64,000 nucleotides of DNA from an uncultured delta proteobacterium (GCA_963793865.1 CAWCBP010000006.1:96001-160000); one strand, 5' to 3'; numbered from the stretch's first letter, positions 19,162-29,118 are shown. Notes: generated from the letters alone by a model not told the origin. Numbers and translations are program-made.

Positions 19162-20382
19162 CTATCTTCGCGTACCGTCCTTTAAGACCAGATAATACAG
19201 CATGCCCGGGTGTTTCATGCGGCTTGCCATGTACTCTGCCTGCGCTCCCGTTCCCCAGAAGAGGTCGACCCGGCTCGTTCCTATGATTGCTCCCCCCTCG
19301 TCCTGGTTGAGCACAAATCCCGACCAGGGTGTTGCCGTGCCACGCCCCGATGCCGGGGGCGAAGGGACAGAAGTGATGATGTAGGACAGTGCCCCCGCCG
19401 GGAAAATCTGCCGGTCGCTGGCAATTGATCTTCCCGGGGTGAGGGGTACGCCCAGGGACCCCGATGCCGCGGCCGTGCGCATGCTGAAAAAGGTGTAGCG
19501 CTCATTTCGGTTGAGGTACGACTGCAGCTTGTCAGGGTGCATCGAGAAGTATCTTCGAATGGAATCCATTGATGCCTGGTGACGATCAATAATGCCGTCC
19601 CTGATCATTTCTTCACCCAGCGAACGATAGGGAAGATAGTTGCTTCCCGCAAAGTGGACGTCACGCCGCCGGCCGTCGGGAAGGCGGATTGTACCTGATC
19701 CCTGTATGTGGAGGAGATAGCTGTCGAAGGGATCTTTCAGAAAAGCGATTTCGCAGCCGCTGCCCCGCAAAACCCCCTCCTGGTCAATTTGCTCCCGGGT
19801 GTAGTAGGGAAGCTGCCGCCCGTTTACCATTCGTACCGCCTTTTTCGGTCCGCCCGGCTTCGGCTCCAGCACCAGAAGATCATCCGGGGGCCGATACAGG
19901 GGATAGCGGTAGACCCGGTTTGCCGTGAGGCTTCCCTCCACCTCCGGCAGATAGTAGCCGGTGAAGGTGACGGCACCCGTCCCGTTTTCACCGCTGGACT
20001 GATAAAGGTCGAAATTGTCCTTGATAATCCGGGTCAAATCCTTGTCCTTGTTCTCCCTGAGAATGGTTAAGAACGCCTCAAGCGTTGCTCTGATTTTTTG
20101 GGCTGAAATGGTCGTAGTGCCGAAGGAATATTCCGCAGGCTTCTTGAGCCGGGCAAAATAATCAATCTGATGGTTCAGGGCGCGGCACAATTCGTCCTTG
20201 TCGCCGCTGTCAGAAAACCGGGGGTACTCCCGGGGGGAAAGGCGTATAAGCGGGGAAGAGGGTTTTCCCGAAAGGGGAGGGGGCATGGGGGGCAACGTGG
20301 TCACGCGGTGACAATTAAGGAGAATAAGTGACCCGATGATGAGCGACAGTTTCAGCAAAGGGGTGAGATTCGAAGTTCTCAT
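19162..20382 (-). CDS. mltA: membrane-bound lytic murein transglycosylase A (lipoprotein)
   Basis: FTGYY.P, YRYPLYRPP, LHIQGSG, QDEGGAIIG..RVDLFWGTG; lipobox LLNC. Confidence 0.92.
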   Translation of the reverse strand: MRTSNLTPLLKLSLIIGSLILLNCHRVTTLPPMPPPLSGKPSSPLIRLSPREYPRFSDSGDKDELCRALNHQIDYFARLKKPAEYSFGTTTISAQKIRATLEAFLTILRENKDKDLTRIIKDNFDLYQSSGENGTGAVTFTGYYLPEVEGSLTANRVYRYPLYRPPDDLLVLEPKPGGPKKAVRMVNGRQLPYYTREQIDQEGVLRGSGCEIAFLKDPFDSYLLHIQGSGTIRLPDGRRRDVHFAGSNYLPYRSLGEEMIRDGIIDRHQASMDSIRRYFSMHPDKLQSYLNRNERYTFFSMRTAAASGSLGVPLTPGRSIASDRQIFPAGALSYIITSVPSPPASGRGTATPWSGFVLNQDEGGAIIGTSRVDLFWGTGAQAEYMASRMKHPGMLYYLVLKDGTRR

Positions 20383-21404
20383 AGTTTTTCCACGGCGGTT
20401 CTCAGTTCGCGGTACGCGGAGCACAGGTCGTGCTGCAGCAGCTTCTTCAGGCTTGTGACTGCGGCGGGCATGTAGGAGACGAAGTGCGTTTTTCCCTTCA
20501 CCATGGAAAGAAAGGCAAAGGCTCCGAGCATCTGCATGTTTCTGTGCAGGGCAATGATCCGGTAATCGTCCAGAAAGGTGCTGCTCTCGACCGGCATGAG
20601 TTTTTCCAGCTGTTCAAGATAGTAATGAAGCAGCTTTTCCCGCATCTCCTCCGTTAGATCAACATAGGGATCAAGCAGCAGGGAAGCGAGGTCATAATGA
20701 AGCGGCCCCACCCGCGCGCCCTGGAAATCAATCCATCGCAGCTCCCCGCGCGTGATCATGATATTTTTAGACTGGAAGTCGCGGTAGAGAAAAAAACCGG
20801 CCTCGACAGTGGATAGCGCTTCAGCCAGGGCGTCCAGTTCGCCTGCCATTCGCTCTTCCCGAAAGGCGCATTTGCAATAACCGCTCAGAAAGAAGTTGAG
20901 GAAGTAGCCCGATTCCCAGCGGCGAACGAATCTTTTCTCGTAGGGCGGACTGTGAATCTGCGCACTGTCAAAACCTTCGGCGGCTTTAACCTGCATCTGC
21001 GGCAGCACGGCAAGCACCCTGCGGTAAAGCGCTTCCAGTTCCGGGGGATTGTCTTTAAGCACAAGTGCCCTGTCCTGCAGGTGGACATCTCCCAGGTCCT
21101 CAAGGATAAACCATCCGTGCTCCCTGTCGCATGCGTGTATTGCCGGTGCGGCGAAACCCCTGTTCCGCAGGTGATTGCAGATGTAAGCGAACGAGTCGTT
21201 TTCATTGACACCCCTCTCATTCGCAGGCGGGTGCTCGTTCACTGCCAGGATGACCGAGCCCCCGGGGTAAACAAGGCGGTAGAGCATGCGGTCTGACCCG
21301 TCTCCGGCAAGCGATTTCCGGCTGATGGTACGCGCGTCAATCCCCTCCCGGGAGAGGTAATCGTGAGCAAACGATAAGGACGGTGAACAAGGATCGCTTT
21401 GCAT
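20379..21404 (-). CDS. amgK: anomeric MurNAc/GlcNAc kinase (APH-like phosphotransferase)
   Basis: LAGDGSDR.LYR, LEDLGD, YRDFQSKNIM, IDFQGAR.GP..YDLASLL.DPY; adjacent to murU. Confidence 0.85.
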   Translation of the reverse strand: MQSDPCSPSLSFAHDYLSREGIDARTISRKSLAGDGSDRMLYRLVYPGGSVILAVNEHPPANERGVNENDSFAYICNHLRNRGFAAPAIHACDREHGWFILEDLGDVHLQDRALVLKDNPPELEALYRRVLAVLPQMQVKAAEGFDSAQIHSPPYEKRFVRRWESGYFLNFFLSGYCKCAFREERMAGELDALAEALSTVEAGFFLYRDFQSKNIMITRGELRWIDFQGARVGPLHYDLASLLLDPYVDLTEEMREKLLHYYLEQLEKLMPVESSTFLDDYRIIALHRNMQMLGAFAFLSMVKGKTHFVSYMPAAVTSLKKLLQHDLCSAYRELRTAVEKL

Positions 21405-21425
21405 TAAAGTATGTTTTTACCCAAT

Positions 21426-22376
21426 CTATACAACTGTTTGATTTTCCGTTGAATTATTAACTGAAGCTCCATCGCCGATGATGCAGTTGCGGATGGTACA
21501 ATTGTCGTTGATGGACACGTTATCCCAGATGATGGAGTCAGTGATGCTGCAGTTGCGTCCGATGCGGCTATTCTTTCCCAGCGAAACATACCCCCCGAGG
21601 GTCGTGCCTTCCCCGATGGCGGATCCATTGGCCGCGGGTGCCGGAAGCGTGACGGTATCTGCGAGGTGCATCCTGTTTTCGTAAATGTCCCGGTGAATGC
21701 AATGGTAGTCTTCAAGGGTACCGATGTCGCGCCAATAGTGATCCCTGGTGCGATGGCCGCGGATATTCAGCCCCCGGGCTGCGAGATCCCCATAGATCTC
21801 TATAATGTCAACATACCGGAGGGGAGGGATTTCATCAAGCAGTTGCGGCGATATGATGTGGATGCCGGTAAAAGCCAGCAAGGTGGTCGCGGATGATGTC
21901 TTCCGCACATTTTTGTCCCTCATGCCCACAATTGTTCCTTCCCCGTCCACTGCAACATTATTGAAGCGGGGATACTCATGGAGTATCAGCGTTGCCAGAT
22001 TGCCGTTTGCCACATGCGTCCGGTACGCCGCCATGAGATCCACGGTGTGAAGAATGTCACCGTTCACCACCAGAAAGGGCTCCTGCCCCCAGAACCACTC
22101 CACCTTTTTAACGGCCCCGCCGGTGCCGAGCAGGTCGGGTTCGTGGCTGTGGCTGAGTGACGCCCCCGAACCGGTATGATGCTCGAGGAAGTCGGTTATC
22201 TGCCGGCTGAGGTGGTGGCTGTTTACCATGATCTCCCGCACACCCGCCTTGACCAACCGCTCCACGGTTATGTGCAGCAGCGGCACCGTGTATACCGGAA
22301 AGAGAGGCTTTGGCCTCAGGGCGGTTAGGGGCCGCAGGCGTGTTCCCGTGCCGGCAGCGAGTATCATTGCCTTCAT
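21426..22376 (-). CDS. murU: MurNAc-1-phosphate uridylyltransferase-like nucleotidyltransferase with C-terminal hexapeptide repeats
   Basis: KAMILAAGTGTRLRPLT..RPKPL, VNGDI, WRDIGT; adjacent to amgK. Confidence 0.8.
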   Translation of the reverse strand: MKAMILAAGTGTRLRPLTALRPKPLFPVYTVPLLHITVERLVKAGVREIMVNSHHLSRQITDFLEHHTGSGASLSHSHEPDLLGTGGAVKKVEWFWGQEPFLVVNGDILHTVDLMAAYRTHVANGNLATLILHEYPRFNNVAVDGEGTIVGMRDKNVRKTSSATTLLAFTGIHIISPQLLDEIPPLRYVDIIEIYGDLAARGLNIRGHRTRDHYWRDIGTLEDYHCIHRDIYENRMHLADTVTLPAPAANGSAIGEGTTLGGYVSLGKNSRIGRNCSITDSIIWDNVSINDNCTIRNCIIGDGASVNNSTENQTVV

Positions 22377-23566
22377 CTGTCCGCTCTCAACTCACGATAG
22401 AGGTGATACCTTTGTGTGTGCTCTTTGAATGACAGCAGGTCTTCCTGCCAGGATGACTCAAGCTCCTCGAGCGGCCGCTGCCGCTCAATCGCCTCCCGTA
22501 CTGCCCGGTCTCCCGCAATGATATCTATGGGCATGTTCTCCTCTTCGTATTCATAGGGAGGATGGGACCACGAGAACTGCTGCGGATAAAGCGACTGCAC
22601 GTCCTGCAGGAGGGCGAGGGTGGTTGCGTAGGGTTTGAAACTGCGGGGGTCGCCAACATGAAGCTGCAGGCCGCCGCAGACCCGGCCCTGCCACTTGTTA
22701 AAGGTGGGCTGGAAATAGGCCTCGCGCAGAATGACCCCCGGCAGGCGCCTCCCTTCCATCTTTTCCTTGAGCAGGAAGGGTTCGATGAACGGTGCCCCGG
22801 AGATTTCGAAGGGTCTGGTCGTGCCCCTGCCTTCGGAGAGGTTGGTTCCCTCCAGAAGCACCTGACCGGGATACACCAGTGCCGTTTCGGGAGACGGCAT
22901 GTTGGGAGAGGGGGGGACCCAGGTGAGGCCGGTTTCTCCGAAGAGCATGTTTCGCCGCCATCCCTCAAGGGAGATCACCTCGAGCTCGCAGTGGATGCCG
23001 TAGAGATCGTTGAATAGAAGGGCAAGTTCCCCGATGGTCAGGCCGTGCCGCATGGGAAGCGGATAGACACCGACAAAGGAGCGGCAGTCATCCCTGAGCA
23101 GATTCCCCTCGATCTGTTCGCCCCCGATGGGATTGGGCCGGTCCAGCACCACCACCTTTTTGCCCCGGCCTGCCGCAGCCTGAAGACAATAGGCCATGGT
23201 CGAAATAAAGGTGTACACCCGGGTCCCGACGTCCTGCAGGTCGATTATGAGGATGTCAATGAGGTCCAGCATGTCAGCGGTAGGAGAGCGGGATGCACCA
23301 TAGAGGCTGAATGCGGGTATGTTAAAACGGGGATGGATAAAATCGGAGGACTCAACCATGTTATCCTGCTTTTCCCCCCGTATGCCGTGCTGCGGCCCGA
23401 AGAGCGCCCTGATTGAGCGGGGATACGCACCCACCAGCAGGTCCGCTGTATGCCGGAGACGGCTGTCAACGGATGCCTGGTTGACCAGCACCCCGATGCG
23501 CTTTTCCCTGAGCCACAGGGGAGGGTTCTTAAGCAGTGCTTCTATGCCCGGTTGCACGGCGGTCAT
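22373..23566 (-). CDS. namZ: exo-beta-N-acetylmuramidase NamZ family (DUF1343)
   Basis: LFGPQHGIRG, DLQDVGTRVYTF, LDRPNP, RHGLTIGELA, WVPPSPNMP, SEGRGTTRPFE. Confidence 0.92.
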   Translation of the reverse strand: MTAVQPGIEALLKNPPLWLREKRIGVLVNQASVDSRLRHTADLLVGAYPRSIRALFGPQHGIRGEKQDNMVESSDFIHPRFNIPAFSLYGASRSPTADMLDLIDILIIDLQDVGTRVYTFISTMAYCLQAAAGRGKKVVVLDRPNPIGGEQIEGNLLRDDCRSFVGVYPLPMRHGLTIGELALLFNDLYGIHCELEVISLEGWRRNMLFGETGLTWVPPSPNMPSPETALVYPGQVLLEGTNLSEGRGTTRPFEISGAPFIEPFLLKEKMEGRRLPGVILREAYFQPTFNKWQGRVCGGLQLHVGDPRSFKPYATTLALLQDVQSLYPQQFSWSHPPYEYEEENMPIDIIAGDRAVREAIERQRPLEELESSWQEDLLSFKEHTQRYHLYRELRADR

Positions 23567-25122
23567 GGCTGTATCCTGAAAGGGAGCTTTCCCGGCGCCG
23601 GGGCTTTTCCAAATATGACCTGAACCAGCGCCAGGATCTGTGTTTTCCTCATACCGTAAGCGGTCAGGCAGGTTTCGCCGGGAGCGATAAGCGTGTAATC
23701 GAAAGGATTGTCGAGCAGCACGAAGATGGGCTGCCGCCGGCGCTCCCGGATTGTATGGATGAGGTTCTGCTGACCCCTGTTACCCCGCGCGTCGGACAGG
23801 AAGATAATGCAGGGGCTCTGCCTGTCCGCGGCGGCCGCGATTCGCTCAACATCGTCCTGTGCCGGGTCAATGGGGAAAAAATGAAAGGAACATCTGCCGG
23901 GGAAGCACTCCCTGCATGCCCTGATAATCGGATGGCGCACAGACGGGTCATACCCGTCCTCGAGCACCGGTGTCGAAGAAAGGTCCGGAATGATTAGCTG
24001 TATCTCATCCGTCGCTGCGATGTCGATGGGCAGCGTCCCTGTGCCGGCGGCAATGACCGTTACTGCTTCCCGGGCGATTGCCTGCGCCAGCGCTTCCGGC
24101 GCCGCGTCAGGAAAATGTTCGTGTGCGGAAATCGGTGCCGAGCAGAAATCCCTGAGGGCGGAGATTCTTCTCACGCTTTCGTCTAGGCCGTCCTGCGCCG
24201 GCCCTGATCGTGAGTAGCCGTCAAGCAGGGCATACAAGCCGGCTTTTTGTCGCCCATAGTCCTTGCAGATGAGCAGCACATCGTGTCCGGCCTTAATCGT
24301 CCTGAGGCAGGATTCCCCGATGGGAAAATGCCGTGCTATGGCGCCCATTTCCAGATCGTCGGAAAAGACAAGGCCGTCGTAGCCGCACCTCCTCCGGATA
24401 TAATCAGCTACAATGGCTGCCGAGAAGGTTGCGGGTATGGACCCGCCGCCGTCAAGGCCGGGACAGCAGAGGTGGGTAGACATAATGCCGTTTATGTCGT
24501 CTGCCATGAGCTTTCTGAACGGAAGTCGGTGAATCGCTTCGAATGCGTCTTCGGAAAGGGAAACGGCGGGAAGATCGAGGTGGGGATCAACCTGCGCGGC
24601 ACCCATGCCCGGGAAGTGCTTGGCAACGGCGGCCATGCCCGCCGTCCGGGTTCCCCGGGCGAATGCAACAGCCATTTCAGCAACCTTTTCCGGATCATCT
24701 CCGAATGATCGGGTGGTGATACCGGGATTATAGGCTGTAGTGAGCACATCAACCACCGGGGCCAGGTTGATGTCAATTCCGAGTGTTTTGAGCTGCATGG
24801 CCGAGGTGAAGCCCTGGTTGAATGCCAGATCAGGTGAGCCGGCGGCGCCGAGCGCCATGTTCCCCGGGAATACGGTTATGTCCCGTGCAAAACGAATAAC
24901 CCGTCCGCCTTCCTGGTCTACGGCTATCAGGGGCGACGGTGAGACCAGTTGCTTGAGACCGGCGATCAATTCTGTGACCTGCCCCGCCGAAGATATGTTT
25001 CGCGAGAAGAGAATGATAAAACCCGGTTTGATTTCCTTAAGCTGCCTTTCTGTTTCAGGGTCAATTCCGGTGCCGCTGATGCCGATCATCAGCTGCTGAC
25101 CGACTTTTTCTTTCAGGTCCAT
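23563..25122 (-). CDS. nagZ: GH3 beta-N-acetylhexosaminidase (two-domain)
   Basis: AVDQEGGRV, NLAPVVDV, KHFPGMG....DPH, SDDLEMGAI. Confidence 0.92.
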   Translation of the reverse strand: MDLKEKVGQQLMIGISGTGIDPETERQLKEIKPGFIILFSRNISSAGQVTELIAGLKQLVSPSPLIAVDQEGGRVIRFARDITVFPGNMALGAAGSPDLAFNQGFTSAMQLKTLGIDINLAPVVDVLTTAYNPGITTRSFGDDPEKVAEMAVAFARGTRTAGMAAVAKHFPGMGAAQVDPHLDLPAVSLSEDAFEAIHRLPFRKLMADDINGIMSTHLCCPGLDGGGSIPATFSAAIVADYIRRRCGYDGLVFSDDLEMGAIARHFPIGESCLRTIKAGHDVLLICKDYGRQKAGLYALLDGYSRSGPAQDGLDESVRRISALRDFCSAPISAHEHFPDAAPEALAQAIAREAVTVIAAGTGTLPIDIAATDEIQLIIPDLSSTPVLEDGYDPSVRHPIIRACRECFPGRCSFHFFPIDPAQDDVERIAAAADRQSPCIIFLSDARGNRGQQNLIHTIRERRRQPIFVLLDNPFDYTLIAPGETCLTAYGMRKTQILALVQVIFGKAPAPGKLPFRIQP

Positions 25123-25129
25123 AGATTTA

Positions 25130-25244
25130 ACACAAAAATGTTTGAAATTCCCGTAGGAGCGCCTTAGGCGCGAATACGCGGCTGAAAGCCGCCCCTACCG
25201 GTGCAATGTTTCTGAGAGAAAAATTCTTTGATTTGAGCGTAAGA
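25130..25244 (-). repeat. approximately 115-bp dispersed repeat with GTAG-type REP doublet core
   Basis: GTAGGAGCGCCTTAGGCGCG...CGCGGCTGAAAGCCGCCCCTAC at 25153-25198; reverse complement aligns with 46459-46580 including flanks. Confidence 0.82.
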
Positions 25245-25375
25245 TTCTAAAGGAAGCGCAATCCGTCGCATTCGAACGCAGCTTTACACTGCCTGTCAAA
25301 GAGATATTCCCCCAGCAGGTAAACGCAATCTATTCTGAACGATAATAGAATGTTGTCAACTCTTTTTATAATAGT

Positions 25376-25420
25376 AAAAAGGGCATCCGTGGCTCATCTC
25401 TGAGCAGTTCACGGGTGCCC
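25376..25420 (-). terminator. intrinsic terminator
   Basis: Minus strand GGGCACCCGTG...CACGGATGCCC followed by TTTTT. Confidence 0.7.
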
Positions 25421-25449
25421 CCGGTGATGACAGGAAACCGGCAGTGCCG

Positions 25450-26418
25450 TTACTTCGACCCCTTGAAAAAGGTCTTGAGCATGGGGTCATCCGGATTGTT
25501 CAGGTAGTCCCCCAGCTTTGAAAGGGTGAGGCCCGGGTAGAAGGAGACAAGATTATCCAGCTCCTTTTTGGTCAGGACGCTGTCCGAGCTGGCCCGGAAC
25601 AGAATGACGTCGCTGTTGAAATATTCTTTTTTATACTTTTCCGGCTCGAGCTGGATGACATTCACCTTTTGCTTGAGCAGCTTGCCAAAGAGCTGCCCCA
25701 GTTCCATGTAGGTGAATATTTCAGGGCCCCCCAGGGGGATGATTTTATTGAAAACCTTTTTGTGATTGACGGAAGCTATCAGGATGGATGCCACGTCATC
25801 CTGGTGGAGCGGCTGCACTTTGTTTGTTCCCTCACCGACCACGTGGTACCGTCCCGCGATTGCCGCCGCGAGCAGATCGCGAAAATCGAAAAAGTAGCCG
25901 GACGGCCTGAGGATGGTATAGGGAATTTTTGATTCGATGATGCACTGCTCCGCCACTTTTTTAGCCAGGTGGGCGTGGTGAAAGGGGGGAATGTTTTCTC
26001 CCCGGGCAACGCCCAGCGCGCTGATGTAAATTATCTGTTTGACCCCCTCCTTTTTCGCGGCGTTGACGATGTTCTGCACGCCGGTTTGCTCAAGTTCGTA
26101 GGGGGTCAGCTTTTTTTCTCCCGGCGCTGTAAAGCGCGGCACGCCCACGGCGCAGACAACAACGGTATTGCCTTTGGTTGCCTTGGCTACCGCATCAGGG
26201 TCGGTGATGTCCGCGTCTTCACCGTGCAGGGGCTTAACCGCGGCAGGCAGGGATTTCAGCCTGGGTTCCTTTTTATCAAAGGCAGTTATTGATGAGGCCT
26301 TGCCGTGAGTGATGAGCAGCTCAAGTGCCTTGCTGCCGATGTTACCCGAGGATCCCACCAGGAGAATCTTTTCGCCCTTGGTATTTTTCCCGATGTCCGA
26401 AAAAAGCTTGCTTTCCAT
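25450..26418 (-). CDS. atypical SDR / NAD(P)H-binding (NmrA-like) protein
   Basis: LLVGSSGNIG, ISALG, YTILRPS, GGPE. Confidence 0.85.
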   Translation of the reverse strand: MESKLFSDIGKNTKGEKILLVGSSGNIGSKALELLITHGKASSITAFDKKEPRLKSLPAAVKPLHGEDADITDPDAVAKATKGNTVVVCAVGVPRFTAPGEKKLTPYELEQTGVQNIVNAAKKEGVKQIIYISALGVARGENIPPFHHAHLAKKVAEQCIIESKIPYTILRPSGYFFDFRDLLAAAIAGRYHVVGEGTNKVQPLHQDDVASILIASVNHKKVFNKIIPLGGPEIFTYMELGQLFGKLLKQKVNVIQLEPEKYKKEYFNSDVILFRASSDSVLTKKELDNLVSFYPGLTLSKLGDYLNNPDDPMLKTFFKGSK

Positions 26419-26713
26419 GTCTCTGCCCTTCCTTTTTGTGAGATGAAGATAGGTTGCTGTGAAGAATGATACGTGGACCAGATGGTAATAGTATCACCAT
26501 GGTAAGTCAAGTGTTTTCCCTTCAGCTCCGTGTGATATTGTTGGCCCGAAGGCCGCATCAAGCGCAGCCCGCACAATAATGCTTTTGCCATTTTTCATCC
26601 ATCTGCTATAATCGCAGCTCATCATTGTAAGCGCTTGCGTTGAACTGCTGTGCTGCGTGCCTGATGTAAGGAAAACACTTATAGAAACGACTTTAAAAAA
26701 TTGATATATAGAA

Positions 26714-26781
26714 TGTCATTGCGAGCGACAGCGAAGCAAGCTCATGAGATTGCCGCGTCGCTTACGCTCCTCGCAATGACA
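26714..26781. repeat. GTCATTGCGAG-type palindromic element (RPE-like)
   Basis: TGTCATTGCGAG...GAAGCAAGCTC / GAGATTGC...CTCGCAATGACA. Confidence 0.78.
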
Positions 26782-26833
26782 ACCGTATGGCCTCGTTTAC
26801 TCCATTATAGTTAACCTGTATGAAAAGAGTTGC

Positions 26834-27067
26834 ATGGCGCTGATATCGTTTTTTAGAAATCCGGTCCTGGCAAAGCTGGTGGGAGCGATTGCCTGTGTGG
26901 CCTTCCTGCTCCCGCTGGTTCGCTTTAAGGGCTCAATCGCGTTCATTGTGTATGCCTCGATCATTGTTGTGCTGGCTGCAGCAGTAAGGTTTTATTTGAG
27001 GAGGAGAAGAAGGCGGCTTACCCCGCCCGAAGAAAATTATCTCAAGGACAGGTTTTATAAGCAGTAG
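26834..27067 (+). CDS. small two-TM membrane protein
   Basis: Two hydrophobic helices followed by RRRRRR (positive-inside). Confidence 0.6.
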   Translation: MALISFFRNPVLAKLVGAIACVAFLLPLVRFKGSIAFIVYASIIVVLAAAVRFYLRRRRRRLTPPEENYLKDRFYKQ

Positions 27068-27106
27068 CAACGTCAGTACATGCAGCTTTTTATAAAAGGA
27101 GGATCC

Positions 27107-28018
27107 ATGGAAGAAATGATATTTGCGGATGATGTGCGGGAGACGATGGATCAGTTTTTAGGGGTCATCCCTGATGCAACCAGGGCGTCGTACCGGAGCA
27201 GGCTGATGAGAGGAATCGAATACCAGGCACTTAAAAAGGGGGTCACCCTGGTCTCCAGGGACATGTTTATTGAGGCGATGGAGGGCACCTTTCCCAAGTC
27301 ATTTGATCCGCTCATTCGGCGATTCAAGGATCCGCAAGGGCTTTCAGAAATGGTGTCCCGGCAAAAAGCGGTTGACCGGGCGAATCCCCTGGTTAAAGTA
27401 AAACGCTGGGAGCTTCCACCGGTTGCCGCCCTGGACCGGCCGGTTAAAAAAGTTCTCGCCCTCCTGGCCGGCCCCCGCAAGAAGGGTAACACGGACTGCA
27501 TCATGGACGCCCTGCTTAAGGGCTGCACTGATGCCGGATGCGCGGTCGAAAAGCATTGCATGTCCGATCTCACCATCTCGCCCTGCATCGGCTGCATGGG
27601 CTGTGAAGCGAAACCGCTTGATACCTTCTGCGCGATTAAGGACGACATGACCGGCCTGTACAGAAGCTTTCTTGACTGCGACGCGTTTGTCATGGGGTTC
27701 CCGATCTATACCGGAAGGGAGTGCGCGCAGGCGGCCATCTTTTTTGACCGTCTCAAGGCGCTGCGCACCAGGGACCACATGGGTAAATTAGCCCGCAAAC
27801 GCAAGGGTGCGCTGGTAGTCACCTGGGGATGGCCTACGGATGATTCCTACGATCATGTGGTGGAAAATGCGGTGTTCATTTTGAAACTCTTCGGCATCAT
27901 CACCGCGGAGATTGTCACCGGGTCGGGATTCTGGGAGGCATATTACGGCAAAGGCATGGCAGAACTGGACAGGGAAGGCTTGGCGCAGGCAGTCGAAGCA
28001 GGGCGAGCCTTGGTGTGA
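27107..28018 (+). CDS. iron-sulfur flavoprotein (flavodoxin family) with an N-terminal helical extension
   Basis: GPRKKGNT, PCIGCMGC...CAIKDDM, PIY, FFDRL; AGGAGG RBS. Confidence 0.85.
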   Translation: MEEMIFADDVRETMDQFLGVIPDATRASYRSRLMRGIEYQALKKGVTLVSRDMFIEAMEGTFPKSFDPLIRRFKDPQGLSEMVSRQKAVDRANPLVKVKRWELPPVAALDRPVKKVLALLAGPRKKGNTDCIMDALLKGCTDAGCAVEKHCMSDLTISPCIGCMGCEAKPLDTFCAIKDDMTGLYRSFLDCDAFVMGFPIYTGRECAQAAIFFDRLKALRTRDHMGKLARKRKGALVVTWGWPTDDSYDHVVENAVFILKLFGIITAEIVTGSGFWEAYYGKGMAELDREGLAQAVEAGRALV

Positions 28019-28072
28019 GGAATGCGATTGCGATGTGAGATATGGGATGTGGGATCAGTCTTGTCCAAAAAC

Positions 28073-28162
28073 GAGATTGCCGCGCTTCGCTCGCAATGAC
28101 AAAAGCAAGCAATGAAGCACCCATGGGGTCATTGCGAGGAGCATAAGCGACGAAGCAATCTC
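28073..28162. repeat. GTCATTGCGAG-type palindromic element, halves in the opposite order
   Basis: GAGATTGC...CTCGCAATGAC then GTCATTGCGAGGAG...GAAGCAATCTC. Confidence 0.78.
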
Positions 28163-28337
28163 ATTTGAAAAGTTTAATAAAATCGAAAGATAAAACTCTT
28201 GTTTTGGATACTGTTGATGTGCGATATAATGATATAATAATTGAAAAGAAAAAATGCTATGGAGGGACGCGCTCCGTCGCGTCTGAGAAATGTTAATGAA
28301 TAGCCGTAAAGGAATACAAGTCCTGTCCGGAGGTCTG

Positions 28338-28931
28338 ATGATGAAACAAGTCTTGTGGGTCATTGTGTGCTGTGCGCTTTGCTTAGCCGTTGCGATGATG
28401 TGTCCCGGCACGCTGAAATCAAATGAGTATGTGGACAGCGCCGGCCAATGTCTCGAGTGTCATGTTGTTAATTACGGCTCGACTGATCCCGACGAACTGC
28501 ATGTGCGGCACGCGGGAAATACCTGCGGAAGCTGCCATGTGATAGGCGCATATCAGGCAGGTAATGTTAAAGCCCATAAATGTACGCTCTGCCACCTGCA
28601 GAAATGTGCGGGTGTCACTACCCATGAATCGGAACACGGCACTGATTGCCTGAGTTGTCATGTTGAATGCAAGGAGGGTCCTACTACCACCACATCGCGA
28701 CCAGAAGGCCCCTGCCCCGCGGAAGAGATATATGGAGAGCATTCAGCGGAAGCTCAGATGCTGAGAGCCGTCCGCGACAACATTCTGAGTCAAACCCCCG
28801 AAGGCCGCGAGATTATAAAGCTGTATTATCAATGGGCACCCATGATAACCATGGCTGTCAGAAATGACCGGGCCTTGAAAGTGGAGATGCAGGAACTGAT
28901 TGACGGCATCCTGGGATTATCGGTGGAGTAG
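28338..28931 (+). CDS. secreted tetraheme c-type cytochrome with a CFI-box-CTERM-like C-terminal domain
   Basis: Signal peptide; CLECH, CGSCH, CTLCH, CLSCH; Thr linker; C....YG...LR..RD..L...PEGR....YY..P. Confidence 0.85.
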   Translation: MMKQVLWVIVCCALCLAVAMMCPGTLKSNEYVDSAGQCLECHVVNYGSTDPDELHVRHAGNTCGSCHVIGAYQAGNVKAHKCTLCHLQKCAGVTTHESEHGTDCLSCHVECKEGPTTTTSRPEGPCPAEEIYGEHSAEAQMLRAVRDNILSQTPEGREIIKLYYQWAPMITMAVRNDRALKVEMQELIDGILGLSVE

Positions 28932-29118
28932 GTAACAATAACCTCACTCCGTGTATGGCATAGTCACATAGAATAGTCCTTCATCGTAATAGATGCGCTC
29001 CGCTGCATCCGATTATGTTTTTGCTGCCACGACAGATCGTGGCCCTCCATCCCGCTGTGGACCGTCGACCCTGTATCGTGCATCATGGATCCTGCATCTT
29101 GTATCTCGCATCGTCTCC

